Positions 28,545-43,873 of a stretch of DNA of 64,000 nucleotides are shown here, piece after piece. Made by a program: the position numbers and the translations under genes. Source of the stretch: Octopus vulgaris (taxonomy: Eukaryota). The notes under the pieces were generated by a model, which saw only the letters and a list, made by a program, of their open reading frames with translations, did no database searches and was not told the DNA's origin. Location of the stretch: contig OX597819.1 in NCBI GenBank assembly GCA_951406725.2, positions 77,252,001-77,316,000 on the forward strand, written 5' to 3'. Each line of letters begins with the position of its first letter. Positions within the stretch are counted from its first letter, which is position 1.

Positions 28545-29088
28545 ATCCTTTCTACTGTATGCACAAGGCCTGAAATTTTGTGGGAGGAGGCCAGTCGATT
28601 AGATCGACCCCAGTACGCAACTGGTACTTAATTTATCGACCCCGATAGGATGAAAGGCAAAGTTGACCTCGACGGAATTTGAACTCAGAACGTAGCGACA
28701 GATGAAATACCTATTTCTTTACTACCCACAAACAATGACAGACAAACGGATTAAGTCGATTATATGGATCCAGTGCGTAACTGGTACTTATTTAATCAAC
28801 CCCGAAAGGATGAAACGCAAAATCGACCTCGGCGGAATTTGAACTCAGAACGTAACGGCAGACGAAATACCTATTTCTTTACAACCCACAAGGGGCTAAA
28901 CACAGAGGAGACAAACAAGGACAGACAGATGGATTAAGTCGATTATATCGACCTCAGTTCATAACTGGTACTTAATTTATCGACCCCGAAAGGATGAAAG
29001 GCAAAGTCGACCTGGGAACGTAACGGCAGACGAAATACGGCTACGAATTTCGCCCGGCGTGCTAACGATTCTGCCAGCTCGCCGCCTT
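28545..29088 (-). mobile_element. Composite trimeric SINE A
   Basis: Three bodies joined at GAAATAC|CTATTTCTTT; flanked by the direct repeat CAGACAAACAAATAAT. Confidence 0.85.
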
Positions 29089-30628
29089 ACAGACAAACAA
29101 ATAATGCTTAGAATCAGACAAGTGAAAGCACATGAATGAAAGGGCGTTGAAATTCACCTGAGAAAAAAAAATCAACAATGAAGATAGTGATAACAATGAA
29201 AGAAACACAAGAAAAGGTTACGTTTCAGTTTATACTTTTTCATGTAAATTGACGAGCTTTCCTATGCTTAATATAAAACCAAGCGCAGAAACGATTCTTT
29301 CTATAGGTATCTTTCTTTTTCAAATGCTATATAAATTACTGACGCGTCATTATTTCTATTTTGATTGTGGCATGCGAATGTATGCAAGTGTATGCGAGTG
29401 TCAGCGAGTGTCTGTGAGTCAACTCTTTGAATTATGCTTCAAGTTGCGCATTTCACGATTGTAGCGTGGATTTGAAATAATTATAAAGATGTGTTGACCT
29501 TAATAGGACCGGATCTAAGCCAATTAGACAGATTTGGTCAAATTTGGCCTCACGCAGATTTGTTCAGATTGGGCCCCAAGAGAGGGCCTCGCACACACGC
29601 TCGAGCGGAGGACGTTATGATGAATTTTTAGTATATCATTGTGGCTAACGGTGGAGCCTCAAATCCTCAACGCTTTTTGTCTGGGAATGGTGTACTACAC
29701 GAAGTAAAAACCACCAATCTTCAGCTTTTGTAGAGTAGAGGGCCTCACTGACAATTCTCTAATTGGGTTACGCAGTTCCTAACGCTGGCCCCGGATCTTA
29801 GGTATGCTCGGGGGGCTGGAATCATTGATGTTTATAAATATTAATTTCAAAGTGTAGGAACTGCAATAGAAACTATTGTTAAGGTGTGTCTATGTATAAA
29901 AAGATGAGGACATTCTTTCAATTTTCGAATAGTATAGCATTATTTGGGACATGTCTAAAATTTTGAGGAAGGATAAACTTTGGAGAATACTCTTTCATCT
30001 GCTTCAAAGGAAAATGCATAAGCGATATTTTTAGAGAGAGGCTAAATTTTCGGATTGATCTCTGTTCTCGTTAAGAGAATAAATCTCCACATTCCTAAAG
30101 GGTATTTCTTGTGCTTTTGGTGCAAATCTAAGTTTGTTGCTTCCCATTGAATGCAGAGAAAAAAAATCACAAACTAAAATAGGAGAGAAAATAATAAAGA
30201 AAAAGAAAAGAATAGATTAAATACATACATACATACATACACACACACATACATATATATATGTGTATATGTGTCAGTTCGCTACAGCTGTTTCCAACGA
30301 ATTTTTAATTGATTAAAGGAGACATTACATAAAAAAAAACTGTTTTCTCTAGATGAATATATGAAACACAACATTCAAAAACACTCAGAAGCCAACGAGG
30401 TGTGCACTTTCGTAAATCTATTACCCTTATTGGGTCGGGTACAGTTAATCGCATACATAACTTCGATAACTTTTTGCCTGTACTTCGGTACCCGTATATG
30501 TATTCCTCTATTATTATTATTCTGCACACATTTTAATTCTCGACCCGGTCCGGTGCCTTACTATTTTAGTGCCTGATTCACTTGAATCCTGATCTATTAT
30601 ATATGTGTGTGTGTATGTTATATTATAT

Positions 30629-30668
<40 letters not shown>

Positions 30669-30875
30669 TGTGTGTGTATGTGTGTATGTATGCATTTATG
30701 CATGTATGTATATCTATCTATCTATCTGTCGCTCTCTCTCTTTCTCTCCCTCTCTCTCTCTCTATATATATATATATCTATATATATATATATATAATAA
30801 TTTATAGCCAAAAAGGGTGGCTTGTGTGTGTGCGTATGTATTTGCGCGTGCGTCTGCGTGTGTGTTGTGTGTGTG

Positions 30876-30932
<57 letters not shown>

Positions 30933-31336
30933 TATGTGTTGTGCCATTGTCTCCGTCTTTCTCTGATAATCCCTCAACGAAGTTTTATTCTTCACAAGGA
31001 TGAGGAATGAAATCAAATATACATTTATAACAAATGATGCATATTACGGAAGGACAGAAAGTATATAATGAATGATTGCCAGCGTAGGAACAAACTTTAT
31101 AAAATTTGTTCGTTGCTTTTCAAGCAAATTGACAGCAAAAGTTTATATCAGTCCTTCTCCCTCAAATGTATGTGTGTGTATGTGTGTGTGTGTGTGCGTG
31201 CGTGTGTGTATCCGTATATGTTTACACACGTGTTAATGTATGTATGTGTGCGTGTGTGTGTGATGGGTATGTATGTATCTATATATATATATATATATAT
31301 ATACATACACACACACACACACACACACATACACAC

Positions 31337-31393
<57 letters not shown>

Positions 31394-31507
31394 CTATATA
31401 TATACATATATACATACATATATATATATATGTTTACACACGTGTTAATGTATGTACGTTTGCGTGTGTGATGTGTATGTATGTATGTATGAATGTATGC
31501 ATATATT

Positions 31508-31585
<78 letters not shown>

Positions 31586-31623
31586 TATATATACATACAT
31601 ACATATATATATATGTATGCATG

Positions 31624-31706
<83 letters not shown>

Positions 31707-31950
31707 ATGTATCGATAAATATTTATAGATATATAAGAATAAGGGAGGGATAGCTTCATATTGTTCGAGGGATTAGTTTGGAGGACGTCTGAATGAAACA
31801 ATTAATGAGGCCAATGATTTGTTTTGATTTCAATTCAATTCAATTCAATCCGTCATCGTTGTTATACAAATAGGACGAGAACGGAAGAATAATACACGAA
31901 GTTCTTGAAATTAGCTGATGATCTATAACATACCTATTTCTGCCGTGTTT

Positions 31951-31997
<47 letters not shown>

Positions 31998-32026
31998 TAG
32001 GTGGGTGGGTGTGTATGCATATATAT

Positions 32027-32064
<38 letters not shown>

Positions 32065-32297
32065 ATATGCATGTATATATATATATATGCGTATGTTGTA
32101 TATACATATATATATGTTTACGTCTACATACATACATATATATTTTAATTTCAACATAAGCCCCTTTTATATAATGTAATAATTTACATACATATATATG
32201 TATATATGTACATATATACACATCAACATCAATACATGTATATATGTATAGATATATAGTATATACATTTATATCCATATATGTATATATATATATG

Positions 32298-32330
<33 letters not shown>

Positions 32331-32904
32331 CTTTATACATATATATATATATGTATGTATATATATATTATATATGTGTGTGTGTGTGAATGTATATATA
32401 TATATATATATATATGCATATATATATATATATATATATATAAATATACACACACACATGTATGTATGTATGTTATACGTCATGATAAATTGCGACGTCA
32501 TTTGATCAGTTTGAATGAACCATGGTTTAATTGAAATCAAGGTGTAATATGAATAGGAAAGCTAACGCCATACATTAATGTGTGTGTGTTTGTGTGTGTG
32601 TGTGTGGGGGGGAGTATGTGTGTTATATTGCATGTGTTCGTAAATAAGATTATAAGTTTATAAGGCTACATTCTGCTTCGCTATTCAAATAGATCTTGTG
32701 ATTATAAAACTAGTCCGGCTTGTTCTTTTTATATGGTTCTGCAGACAAAGCCTGCTTCCAAAACGCACTGTTTTCAGTTTATTTACAAACATTTCCGCAA
32801 ATCTCCTGACTTAGAACTTAAATGCATTCGTATTTGTGAACGTGTGCTTTGCTTTACTCTATGTCCGCGTACAGATATATATGGACGTTTGCGTGTGTGT
32901 GCGC

Positions 32905-32952
<48 letters not shown>

Positions 32953-32956
32953 TTGT

Positions 32957-33053
<97 letters not shown>

Positions 33054-33314
33054 ACTGTTTTCATGTGGAGTATATTCATAATACGCTTGTTTTATTCGTT
33101 CGTATATAAGGAAGTACACAAAACATTCTTGAGAACTTTAGTTTTTTTTTTCAATATTATATATTATATATAACGTGCACGCACGCACAAACGAAGACAC
33201 ACACACACACCTACACGTGTGTGTGCATGCGCACGTGCATATATGTGCACACACAAGCACAAATGGATCAGTGTATTTGTCTCTGTCTCTGTCTGTCTGT
33301 CTCTCTCTCTCTCC

Positions 33315-33377
<63 letters not shown>

Positions 33378-33542
33378 TATTTGTATATATATACACACAC
33401 ATACGCATATATGTGTATGTATGTATGTATATGTATGTATATATATATACATATATTTGTATACATACATGCATATATATGTACGTACATACATACATAC
33501 GTGTATGTGTTTGTATACGTATGTGTATATGTATATATATCT

Positions 33543-33640
<98 letters not shown>

Positions 33641-34177
33641 AAATCTCTGAGTTGCAAAAGAATGCATAAACAGATGTCGCCTAATAAGTAGAAATTAAAC
33701 ATCATTTCCTGAGTTCACTTTGTAGTTTTTGTAATGAAGCACTCTCACACACTCAGAAATATATGAATATACGTATGTATGCCAATGTACGGATGTGTGT
33801 GTGTGTGTGCTATATATATCTATCTATATATATATATATATATATATATATCATTTAATGTACATTTTTTGTTGATCTTACCCAAACGGAGTCGTAAACT
33901 ACACACACACACACATACATATACACACATATATATATGCATCTATCTGTTTGTCTAACTGTCTGTCGATCTATCTGTCTGTCTGTCTGTCTATGTAATT
34001 AGCTCATTCAGTTAAACAATTATAACACCCAACCAATTTTTAAAAAAACTATAAAACCAGAATAAAGGAGATTTTTGTGCAAAATGTCAATTGCTTCCAA
34101 ATACACAGTTTCTTTCGCTCTTAATCGGAGTTTTATCATGTTGCTAACCAAGAATTAATATTCGTGTCTATATGTAT

Positions 34178-34605
34178 ATTTCTTTACTGCCCACAAGGGG
34201 CTAAACATAGAGGGGGACAAACAAGGACAGACAAAGGGATTAAGTCGATTACTGGTACTTTATTTATCGACCCCGAAAGGATGACAGGCAAAGTCGACCT
34301 CGATGGAATTTGAACTCAGAACGTAACGACAGACGAAATACCTATTTCTTTATTACCCACAAGGGGCTAAACATAGAGGGGACAAACAAGGACAGACATA
34401 GGTATTAAGTCGATTATATCGACCCCAGTGCGTAACTGGTGCTTAATTTATAGACCCTGAAAGGATGAGAGGCAAAGTCGACCTCGGCGGAATTTGAACT
34501 CACAACGTAACGGCAGACGAAATACTGCAAGGCATTTCGCCCGGCGTGCTAACGCTTCTGCCAGCTCGCCGACAGACGAAATACCGCTAAGCATTTCACC
34601 CGGTG
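34178..34605 (-). mobile_element. Composite dimeric SINE A
   Basis: Same internal GAAATAC|CTATTTC junction. Confidence 0.85.
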
Positions 34606-35350
34606 TACTGTCTATATAAGCGTATGTATGAGATGAGAGACACAGACAGAAAAGAATTGATAAAGAGGTTTGAATGGGAGTTATACGTTTTTCTTTTCAG
34701 AATCAATGTTAAACTGGGCATAGACATGGTTGTATGGTTAAGAAGCTCGTGTTGCAGCTGCATGGTTTCGGTACCATTGCGCGGTACCTTGGGCCAGTGT
34801 CGTCTTTCTGGCCATTCAGCCTTGGAAGGAATTTGGTAGACGGAAACTGTGTGGAAGCCCGCCGTACACTCACACACACATACACACACGTGTACATAAA
34901 TGTATACATCTATGTGTATGTCGTTGTGCATCTGTTTTCCGCCGCCCCGCTGCTATCGCTTGGCAACCGGTCTTGGTTTGTTTACGTCTTCGTAACTTAA
35001 AGGTTCGGCAAACGAGAATGATAGAATAATTACCAGACTTTAAAAAAATACAGGTACTTGAGGCGAATCTTTCACTTAAAACTCTTCAATGCGGTGCCCC
35101 AGCATGGGCCCAGTCCAATGACGGAAATAAAGTAAAAGATGAAAGATATTAATGTGTGAGTAATGCGTTGAGTTTTAAGAAGCTATATATAGATACCTGG
35201 AAGTATGACTGAGATTTTATCTAATACACGTGAATCATTAATAATACCAAATCATTTTTGCGTTTATTTGTTACTTATGACACTGTATTTACTGTATTTT
35301 CTATATATTACAAGCAAGGTTAAACTACTGCCATGCCTGGCGAACAAGAC

Positions 35351-35400
35351 TCACCACTGAGGAGATCCAATACAGATCGAAACCACTTGGTGTTGATGGT
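35351..35400 (+). ncRNA. Degenerate hammerhead motif
   Basis: CTGAGGA(35357-63)-GATC-caataca-GATC-GAAA-CCA-ct-TGG-T; position 17 is G and stem I is disrupted. Confidence 0.5.
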
Positions 35401-35573
35401 CTCGGAGATAGATGGCAAGAGTTATCTCCCGCTTGCAATAAATACTGAGAGCGGGAAGCGCACTGAATAAACCAGCTGGACATGATATCCTCCCGGGTTT
35501 AAAGTGGCAGTTTCGTCTTCTCTTAGAGGACAGCCACATTAACGTGGCCATAAACAATACCGAATGAACATTA

Positions 35574-35907
35574 TCTCTCTATATATAAACGGCAAAATGT
35601 CTGTCTGTGTGTGTGTGTGTGTGTGTATCCTTTATACAAATCCACAATCTTTCAGTTAGAGGGCTTGCACTTTCTATGGTCATTCAAAACCGTCCAAGGG
35701 TGGTGGTGCACATTTTTACATTTCCCCAGTCACCCCGCAAAGCCATTAAAAATCAACAGAAGTGCCATTTTTGTGAATTTTCTATCCAAAACCCAATCAA
35801 AATGCCCGAAACTTGATACGCCAATTGAATGCCAGCTAGCTGTATGTGATTGGTCGGAGATTTGAACGGTACTCGCGTGTATGTACGTTGCCGGGTCATA
35901 GTGCTAG
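35574..35907 (+). mobile_element. Non-autonomous Helitron-like element
   Basis: A|TCTCTCTATATATAAA start, internal (GT)n, GC-rich partial hairpin TTGCCGGGTC, then CTAG|T end. Confidence 0.7.
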
Positions 35908-37081
35908 TAAATGATATATTAGTAGTTTGTAAATATAGCTTTTAATTTTAAATTTGCATAGACCATTGATTGTGTTTTTAAAACATTCTGTTGGGTCTTA
36001 TTTCATAACGTTAATATTGGTTTCAAATTTTGGCACAGGGGATGCGTCGATTACAGATTTGTGAGAGTGGATGAGTCGATAACAAAGACCCCACAGCTCA
36101 ACTGATACTTGTTTTATCGATCCCATATTGGATGAAAGGCAAAGTCATCCCTGGCAGAATTTGAACTCTGAGCGTAAAGACGGACGAAATTTTTGACTGG
36201 TGAGTCAACGATTCTGTTGGGTCACCGCCTTATTTTATGACGTTAATATTGATTTCAAATTGTGGCACAGGACCAGCTTTTGTGGGACCCCAGTACTCAT
36301 CTGGTTCTTATTTTGTCGACCCTGGAGGAATTTGTAATCAGAAGATAAAGGTGGATGAAATGCCGCTAAGCATTTTGCCCGGGGTTCTAACGATTCTGAC
36401 AGCTCGCCTCCTCATTTTATGACGTTAATATTGCTTGCTGAATCAGTATGACATGGAATTAATGTTGTGTATTTGTTTCCTACCGCAGTAGTTTTTGAAC
36501 TGACGATATGTTCAGAATTGGCAATTATACATACACACCCTTGACCGGTTCCAAATCCTTGGAAACTACACACATATCCAGACACACACGTTCAGGCAGA
36601 CATCACATTCTCGCATAAAACACACAGTCTTCTATATGAAGCAAGCTAAAAAGCCGAAAATGCATACAAGATGTGTATACAACAAACTTTACGCATATAT
36701 ACATACAAATGAAAACATGAATCAAATGAATGTTAGTGATATCCCTCACGTTTGTGCAGACAAACACTCATATACACGCGTATACAGATACATATATCCA
36801 TAGGCGATAGTAGGGCAAATATACAAGAACCTATGCAAAAAAAATGTACCTATGGTTGGTTTAATGACTCGCATCTAGTCATTATACATTCATACAAGTT
36901 CTTAATGAGTTCGAATCAGCTGAAGATAAACCATTCGTAACTGTGTCTATACGTGCATGTAAACCATCTTTCATGGTTACATGCAATTACATATTGTAAT
37001 GCATATATAATTATGACATTTAAAAAATGCACAAAAATTTCGAATTTTAAAATAAGTACATGCAAGGTGTTCCCAAATTCC

Positions 37082-37136
<55 letters not shown>

Positions 37137-37198
37137 GTAATACGATATAATATAATATGATATGATATATATATATATATATATATATAAATAATATA

Positions 37199-37255
<57 letters not shown>

Positions 37256-37593
37256 TATATACATATGTATATGTACATACTTACATCTATACGTGTATAA
37301 TATGCATATGTGGGCACAGAACGTCACGAAACGTGTACAACAAAGAAATACGGAGTACGAGTACATGGAATATGAACTATATTTTCGAACAACGAGAGAC
37401 ACAAATGGAAAACAAGACAAAGCATTTAACAGCTCGAAATACGAGAGTTGAAAAACAGCCAACAACTGATGAAGGGTCGTTCTTTATACTATTTGTCTTT
37501 TAGAATATATGAGCATCTCTAGATATGCAAGTATATATATATATGAGAATACACACATGAAACAAAACAGAGAAATCTGCACATATACATATA

Positions 37594-37941
37594 TACAAAA
37601 ATACCCTGCTAATGTTGTTGAAATTCCAATGAAGGAGCCTTGAATCTAAGTTAGAAATCGGCTCTTTCTCTATTGGCAAGACATCTTGAAATAAAACTGA
37701 ATAATGACATACATACATACATACATACATACATACATACATACATACATACATACATACATACATACATACATGCATGCATACATACATACATACATAC
37801 ATACATGCATACATACATACATACATACATACAAAAACATCCCGCTGATGTTGAAATTCCAATGAAGGAGCCTTGAATCCAGGTTAGAAACCGGCTCTTT
37901 CTCTATTGGCAAGAAATCTTGAAATAAAACTGAACAATGAC
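37594..37941 (+). repeat. Two tandem ~115-bp units separated by (CATA)n; probable LINE 3'UTR ends
   Basis: GAAATTCCAATGAAGGAGCCTTGAATC..GTTAGAAA.CGGCTCTTTCTCTATTGGCAAGA occurs twice; resembles 7417-7495. Confidence 0.75.
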
Positions 37942-38294
37942 ATTAATACATACATAAACATTTATCTTCTATTTTCAACTTGTCTCACTCGTTAGATTGC
38001 GGCCATGCTGGATCACTGCCATGAAGAATTTTAGTCGAACGAGTCGATCTCAGTCCTGTTTTTTTCCTTTAAACCCTGGTGCTTATTTTATTGCACAAAG
38101 ACGTAAACATACCAACACCGGTTGGCAATTGGTAGTAGGGAACATACACAGACTCAACGACACACACAATACCCACATATATATATGTATATACTACGGG
38201 CTTCTTTCAGTTTCCGTCTACCAAATCCACTCACAAGGCTTTGTCGGTATAGTAGAAGACACTTGCACATACACATGTATACACACGCACACAT

Positions 38295-38326
<32 letters not shown>

Positions 38327-38342
38327 GTACATACATGCATAC

Positions 38343-38447
<105 letters not shown>

Positions 38448-38904
38448 AAATGCGTTTGTGAAGAAGTAGCTATGTGTGTGGAAGTTACATGGTGATATTA
38501 CAAGGCAGCTAAAAAGATAATGTCCTCAAGGATATATACCTACTGGAAACAGAAAAGACTGAACCTATTATTTTTCTTTGTACTGGCAAGAACTTCTATT
38601 TATTGGACCTGCGAGAAATAGCAGCCAGTTGCCTCAAATCACAACATTACATCTTTAAAAAACAAAAAAAAACAGAAAGAACATGTTGGCTAATGTAATG
38701 CTAAGTATACAAAATGGGATAGTGACAGCTGGAATGCGCTTGACTGTTGTTCTGGTCGAGTAGGACGATCCGGGACCAGATAACAACCACTACTTATTTT
38801 ATCGATTTAAAATATGTTGCTGAATAACAAACAAAATAGACATTTTTTTTTTACCTTCGTTCCACATATCTGATTTAACTGCTGTAAGTGAAGCCGCGCG
38901 CTAA

Positions 38905-39008
<104 letters not shown>

Positions 39009-39053
39009 ACATATGTATATGTAAACATAATATATACATTCATGTATAAATGC

Positions 39054-39085
<32 letters not shown>

Positions 39086-39202
39086 ATACATACATATATA
39101 CATGTGTGTGTATGTATGTATGTATGTATGTATGTATGTATGTATGTATGTATGTATGTATGTGCATGCATTTATACATGAATGTATATATGTGGAGTAT
39201 AG

Positions 39203-39235
<33 letters not shown>

Positions 39236-39243
<8 letters not shown>

Positions 39244-39414
39244 ATGTTACATTACTCGGTAGTCAAGATAAAACTCTGAGTTTCAGATGCCGAAGTGGAA
39301 ATCCACAACACCATCTCTTCGGTTTAACCGAAGAGATGGTGTTGTGGATTTCCACTTCGGCATCTGAAACTCAGAGTTTTATCTTGACTACCGAGTAATG
39401 TAACATATTGTATA
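39236..39414. repeat. Perfect palindrome, 89-bp arms, 1-nt spacer (39325), with hammerhead-like variant
   Basis: Arms are exact reverse complements; each reads outward CCGAAGA-GATG...CATC-T-GAAA-CTC-A-GAG-TT; (TA)n on the left and shortly after on the right. Confidence 0.9.
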
Positions 39415-39480
39415 GATATATTTCCTCTATTTACATAATATTGAGGTCTCTTTCTTTCTTTTGTTATCTTACCGTTTTAT

Positions 39481-39515
<35 letters not shown>

Positions 39516-39519
39516 AAAA

Positions 39520-40164
<645 letters not shown>

Positions 40165-40438
40165 GTAATAGAAATAATAATAATAATAATAATCATAATA
40201 ATAATAATAATAACTACAACGAAACAACTCAACACCAGTAGCAACAATAAACAACAACTACACAAACGACAATAATGATAATAATAACAACAATGGCAGC
40301 AACAAAAACAACAACAACAATAACAAAAATAATTCCTAGCTTATGCGAAAAGTCATCTAGTTTTATGTGGAGTATGGTTAATTATAGAGATTCTTGTACT
40401 TTCCTGATAAGGGAAGAAAACAAAAAAATCTACTACAG

Positions 40439-40472
<34 letters not shown>

Positions 40473-40740
40473 ACGCATGCGTGTGCGTGTGTATAAAGAG
40501 AGAGAGAGAGAGCGAGCGAGAGAGAGAAATAAATAAATAAATAAATAAATAAATGTACATATATTGTGGTCAGTGTGTACACATATATATGTATATGTAT
40601 ATAAACAACTTATAAACAAGGGCAAAAGAAAAAAATGCTAATGCCGAATATGCCGAAAATAGACAAATCGTCGATAACCATATAATTCATCACTATAAGC
40701 ACGAATCTCGAAGTAAGCCAACAGAAATTTCAAAAAAATT

Positions 40741-40813
40741 CTGTTATTATCATGTCGGCCCCGATTTCAGAGTTAATTTATAATAATTTTCTCCTCGTCA
40801 GTGATACATACGG
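40741..40813 (-). ncRNA. Mirror hammerhead copy with U16.1>C change, probably impaired
   Basis: Reverse complement reads TATCA-CTGACGA-GGAG...CTCT-GAAA-TCGG-GG-CCGA-CA-TGATA. Confidence 0.6.
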
Positions 40814-40898
40814 TAAGAAATAAATGAAATACTTACTTATACCCATGGGTATAAGTAAGTATTTCATGGGTATAAGTAAGTATTTCATTTATTTCTTA

Positions 40899-40970
40899 CC
40901 GTATATATCACTGACGAAGAGAAAATTCTTATGAATTAACTCTGAAATCGGGGCCGATATGATAATAACG
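40899..40970 (+). ncRNA. Type I hammerhead ribozyme, minimal, intact core
   Basis: Stem I TATCA(40906-10)/TGATA(40959-63) plus distal CCGT/ACGG; CTGACGA 40911-17; stem II AGAG/CTCT with internal AATTC/GAATT; GAAA 40944-47; stem III TCGG-G-CCGA; U16.1-A17, predicted cleavage after A40958. Confidence 0.8.
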
Positions 40971-41197
40971 GAATTTTTTTGTAATTTCTGTCAGCTTACT
41001 TCGAGACGCGTGCTTATAGTGATGAATTATATGGTTATTGATGATTTGTCTATTTTCGGCATATTCGGCATTAGAATTTTTTTCTTTTGCCCTTGTTTAT
41101 AAGTTGTTTATAAAGTTAACCTTTAAAGGTATTTTTTAATATGCTGGCCATTGATAGAATATTTTTCGAAAATTTTTTCCTATATTAGTTGTATATG

Positions 41198-41293
<96 letters not shown>

Positions 41294-42392
41294 TATGCAT
41301 TTATATATGAATGTATATATTATGCATACATATACATATATGTATGTGTATATATATATTATGAAACAGAGGGAGAATATAGTAATATAACAGGTATGTA
41401 GTACATTTAAACGTGTATTACGTAGGACAAGCATTATCTGATGGAACTCAAGGTGTTGTGTAGAGCACAAAGATATGCTTATATCAGGTGTTGCCAGTCT
41501 GTGTTCTAAGTTTCACAATTTTGAAATTCAGAGAATATTGCAACTTTTGATATAATAAGCAAATACATGCAGGCACGCACACACACACACTCATTCTCTC
41601 TATCTATCTATCTCACACACACACTCTCTCTCTCTCACACATACTCTCTCTCCTTCTCACATACACACACACACACACAGGCATACACACGTGAAAAAAT
41701 TCATACATATGCACGCACATACACATATACACGCACATACACATATGCACGCACATACACATATGCACGCACATACACATATGCACGCACACACATATAG
41801 GATGAATGTTCCAGCATACAGTATTCTGTTACTCAGAGTAGCGGAATCCACAGAAGTGGTTGATAGAGTGGTTACCTCGCGTGTGGCTTCCACCGGCGTT
41901 GATTACCTTTCTTTACTTCCACTTTATCCTTTGTACGTTATCAGGGAGCTGCAGACTTCCAGCTGTTTCGGGAAGCTGCAATTAAAATGTTCAATATAGG
42001 TTGGAAAAGCAGGCTTTGTTCACACGTTGACACTTAGGAATTAGTTCTGTTCTCTTGTTTAAAGCCTCTTGGTTTGGTGAAGTTAAAGAATATTTCATCA
42101 TTGCAGAGGCCACAGTCAATTACACGTTACATGTTATATCTTTCCAACTTCGTTGAGTATTTCCTTAACATGAAACCATTGGTGGCATCAATATTCAAAT
42201 AAAGTATCTTTATCCATATTACGGTGTTAAGCAAGCATTGTCATTGCTCGATAGTCACGTGTGTGTGTGTGTATGTGTGCGTGTGTGTGTGCGTGTGCTT
42301 GTGTGTCTGTATGTATGTGTCTGTGTATTCTAAAATAGATAGATAAGCATATATATACACACATACACACATATATATATAGACAGACAGAC

Positions 42393-42544
<152 letters not shown>

Positions 42545-43437
42545 TTTACGTATAATTTTATATTATTGTGTGTATGTGTGCGTATGAGTGTGTTTCAGTA
42601 GCATTTTCATTTGTTGAATTTTCTGTTAGTCCCTTAAAATGAATTTTAAAAAGCGTTATTACTGTTATCTTCATTATCATTGCCATTATCATCAACATTA
42701 TCATTATTATTATTATTATTATTATTATAATTATTATTATTATTATTATTAAATGGACGTCAAGCTTAGGTGACTTCGGGAATGGTAATTGTTACTTACC
42801 CTGCCATCCGACTGCCCAGATATTTGTTTCCAGATGTCTCCATACGTATTAATCACAGCCATAGTGGCTTAACTTCCTGACTTATAAGGTGCAGGATGTA
42901 TTTCAAAAATCATGCATGCGTCTTTTTTTTTTATCACTCACACTGGCTCTCTAATAAAATATCTACAATACATTGAATTTAAAGCCATAATATAAATTGC
43001 TAGATTTCCTTTTTTTTCTAATTCCATCTTCAGTTGAAGCAACATTTGAATATAATCCATCAAAATAACCCGGAAGAAAGCCTACACACATATACATACA
43101 AACACATACACACATATACATATATACTAATATATTTCCTTTGTTCTTCGCTTATATGTGTGTGTATGTAATACAAAGGAAGGCATATAGATATATATGG
43201 AATTAACCCATCACTATATCTACACAAGGTAGGTAGCGTTTCTAAATACTTTAGAACACAACTTATTTAATATGAAAGTTACGCGTTTATTTAAAAGCAA
43301 CATTTATTCAATGAGCGTAACAATTTTACTAACTCCAACAGTATATAGATGACAACATTGATATTATTCTAATAAACTTGTTTTCCTATTTCAATGCAGA
43401 TGTAGTAATAATTTCTCTGATTAAATGTATCAGAGTT

Positions 43438-43489
<52 letters not shown>

Positions 43490-43523
43490 AAGGATGAAAA
43501 GGAACGCACGAGTTGATATATAT

Positions 43524-43873
43524 GGAAAAACAAGTCAAGATAGAAAATGCTAAAATAATTTTATAAAGAACATTTCAGAAACGGTTTCAGTCAAACCGGT
43601 ACTGAAATGTTCTTTATAAAATTATTTTAGCATGTTCTATCTTGACTTGTTTTTCCATATATATATATATATATATATATATATGGAAAAACAAGTCAAG
43701 ATAGAACATGCTAAAATAATTTTATAAAGAACATTTCAGTACCGGTTTGACAAACCGTTTCTGAAATGTTCTTTATAAATATATATATATATATAAAAAT
43801 TATAAAATTATATATATATATATATGGAAAAACAAGTCAAGATAGAACATGCTAAAATAATTTTATAAAGAAC

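Larger units (their letters stand above)
40600..41112. mobile_element. Fold-back element with ~246 bp arms carrying hammerheads (Penelope-like pLTR/retrozyme-type, inferred)
   Basis: Imperfect inverted repeat centred on ACCCATGGGT (40841-50), with a 21-bp tandem duplication at the start of the right arm; TA-rich microsatellites close by on both sides. Confidence 0.75.

Noticed and set aside
29504-29792. Possible hAT-like MITE with GGGCCCC subterminal motifs
   Set aside because: The TIRs and TSD are too degraded to confirm.
37620-37910. TGAAGGAG...GAAACCGG read as a hammerhead dimer
   Set aside because: It lacks CTGA and a proper UH site, and is better explained as a LINE 3'UTR stem-loop shared with 7418-7495.
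42000-42240. WIKILY..NG motif suggesting an L1/Tx1 RT relic (minus strand)
   Set aside because: Too short and degenerate to support as a feature.
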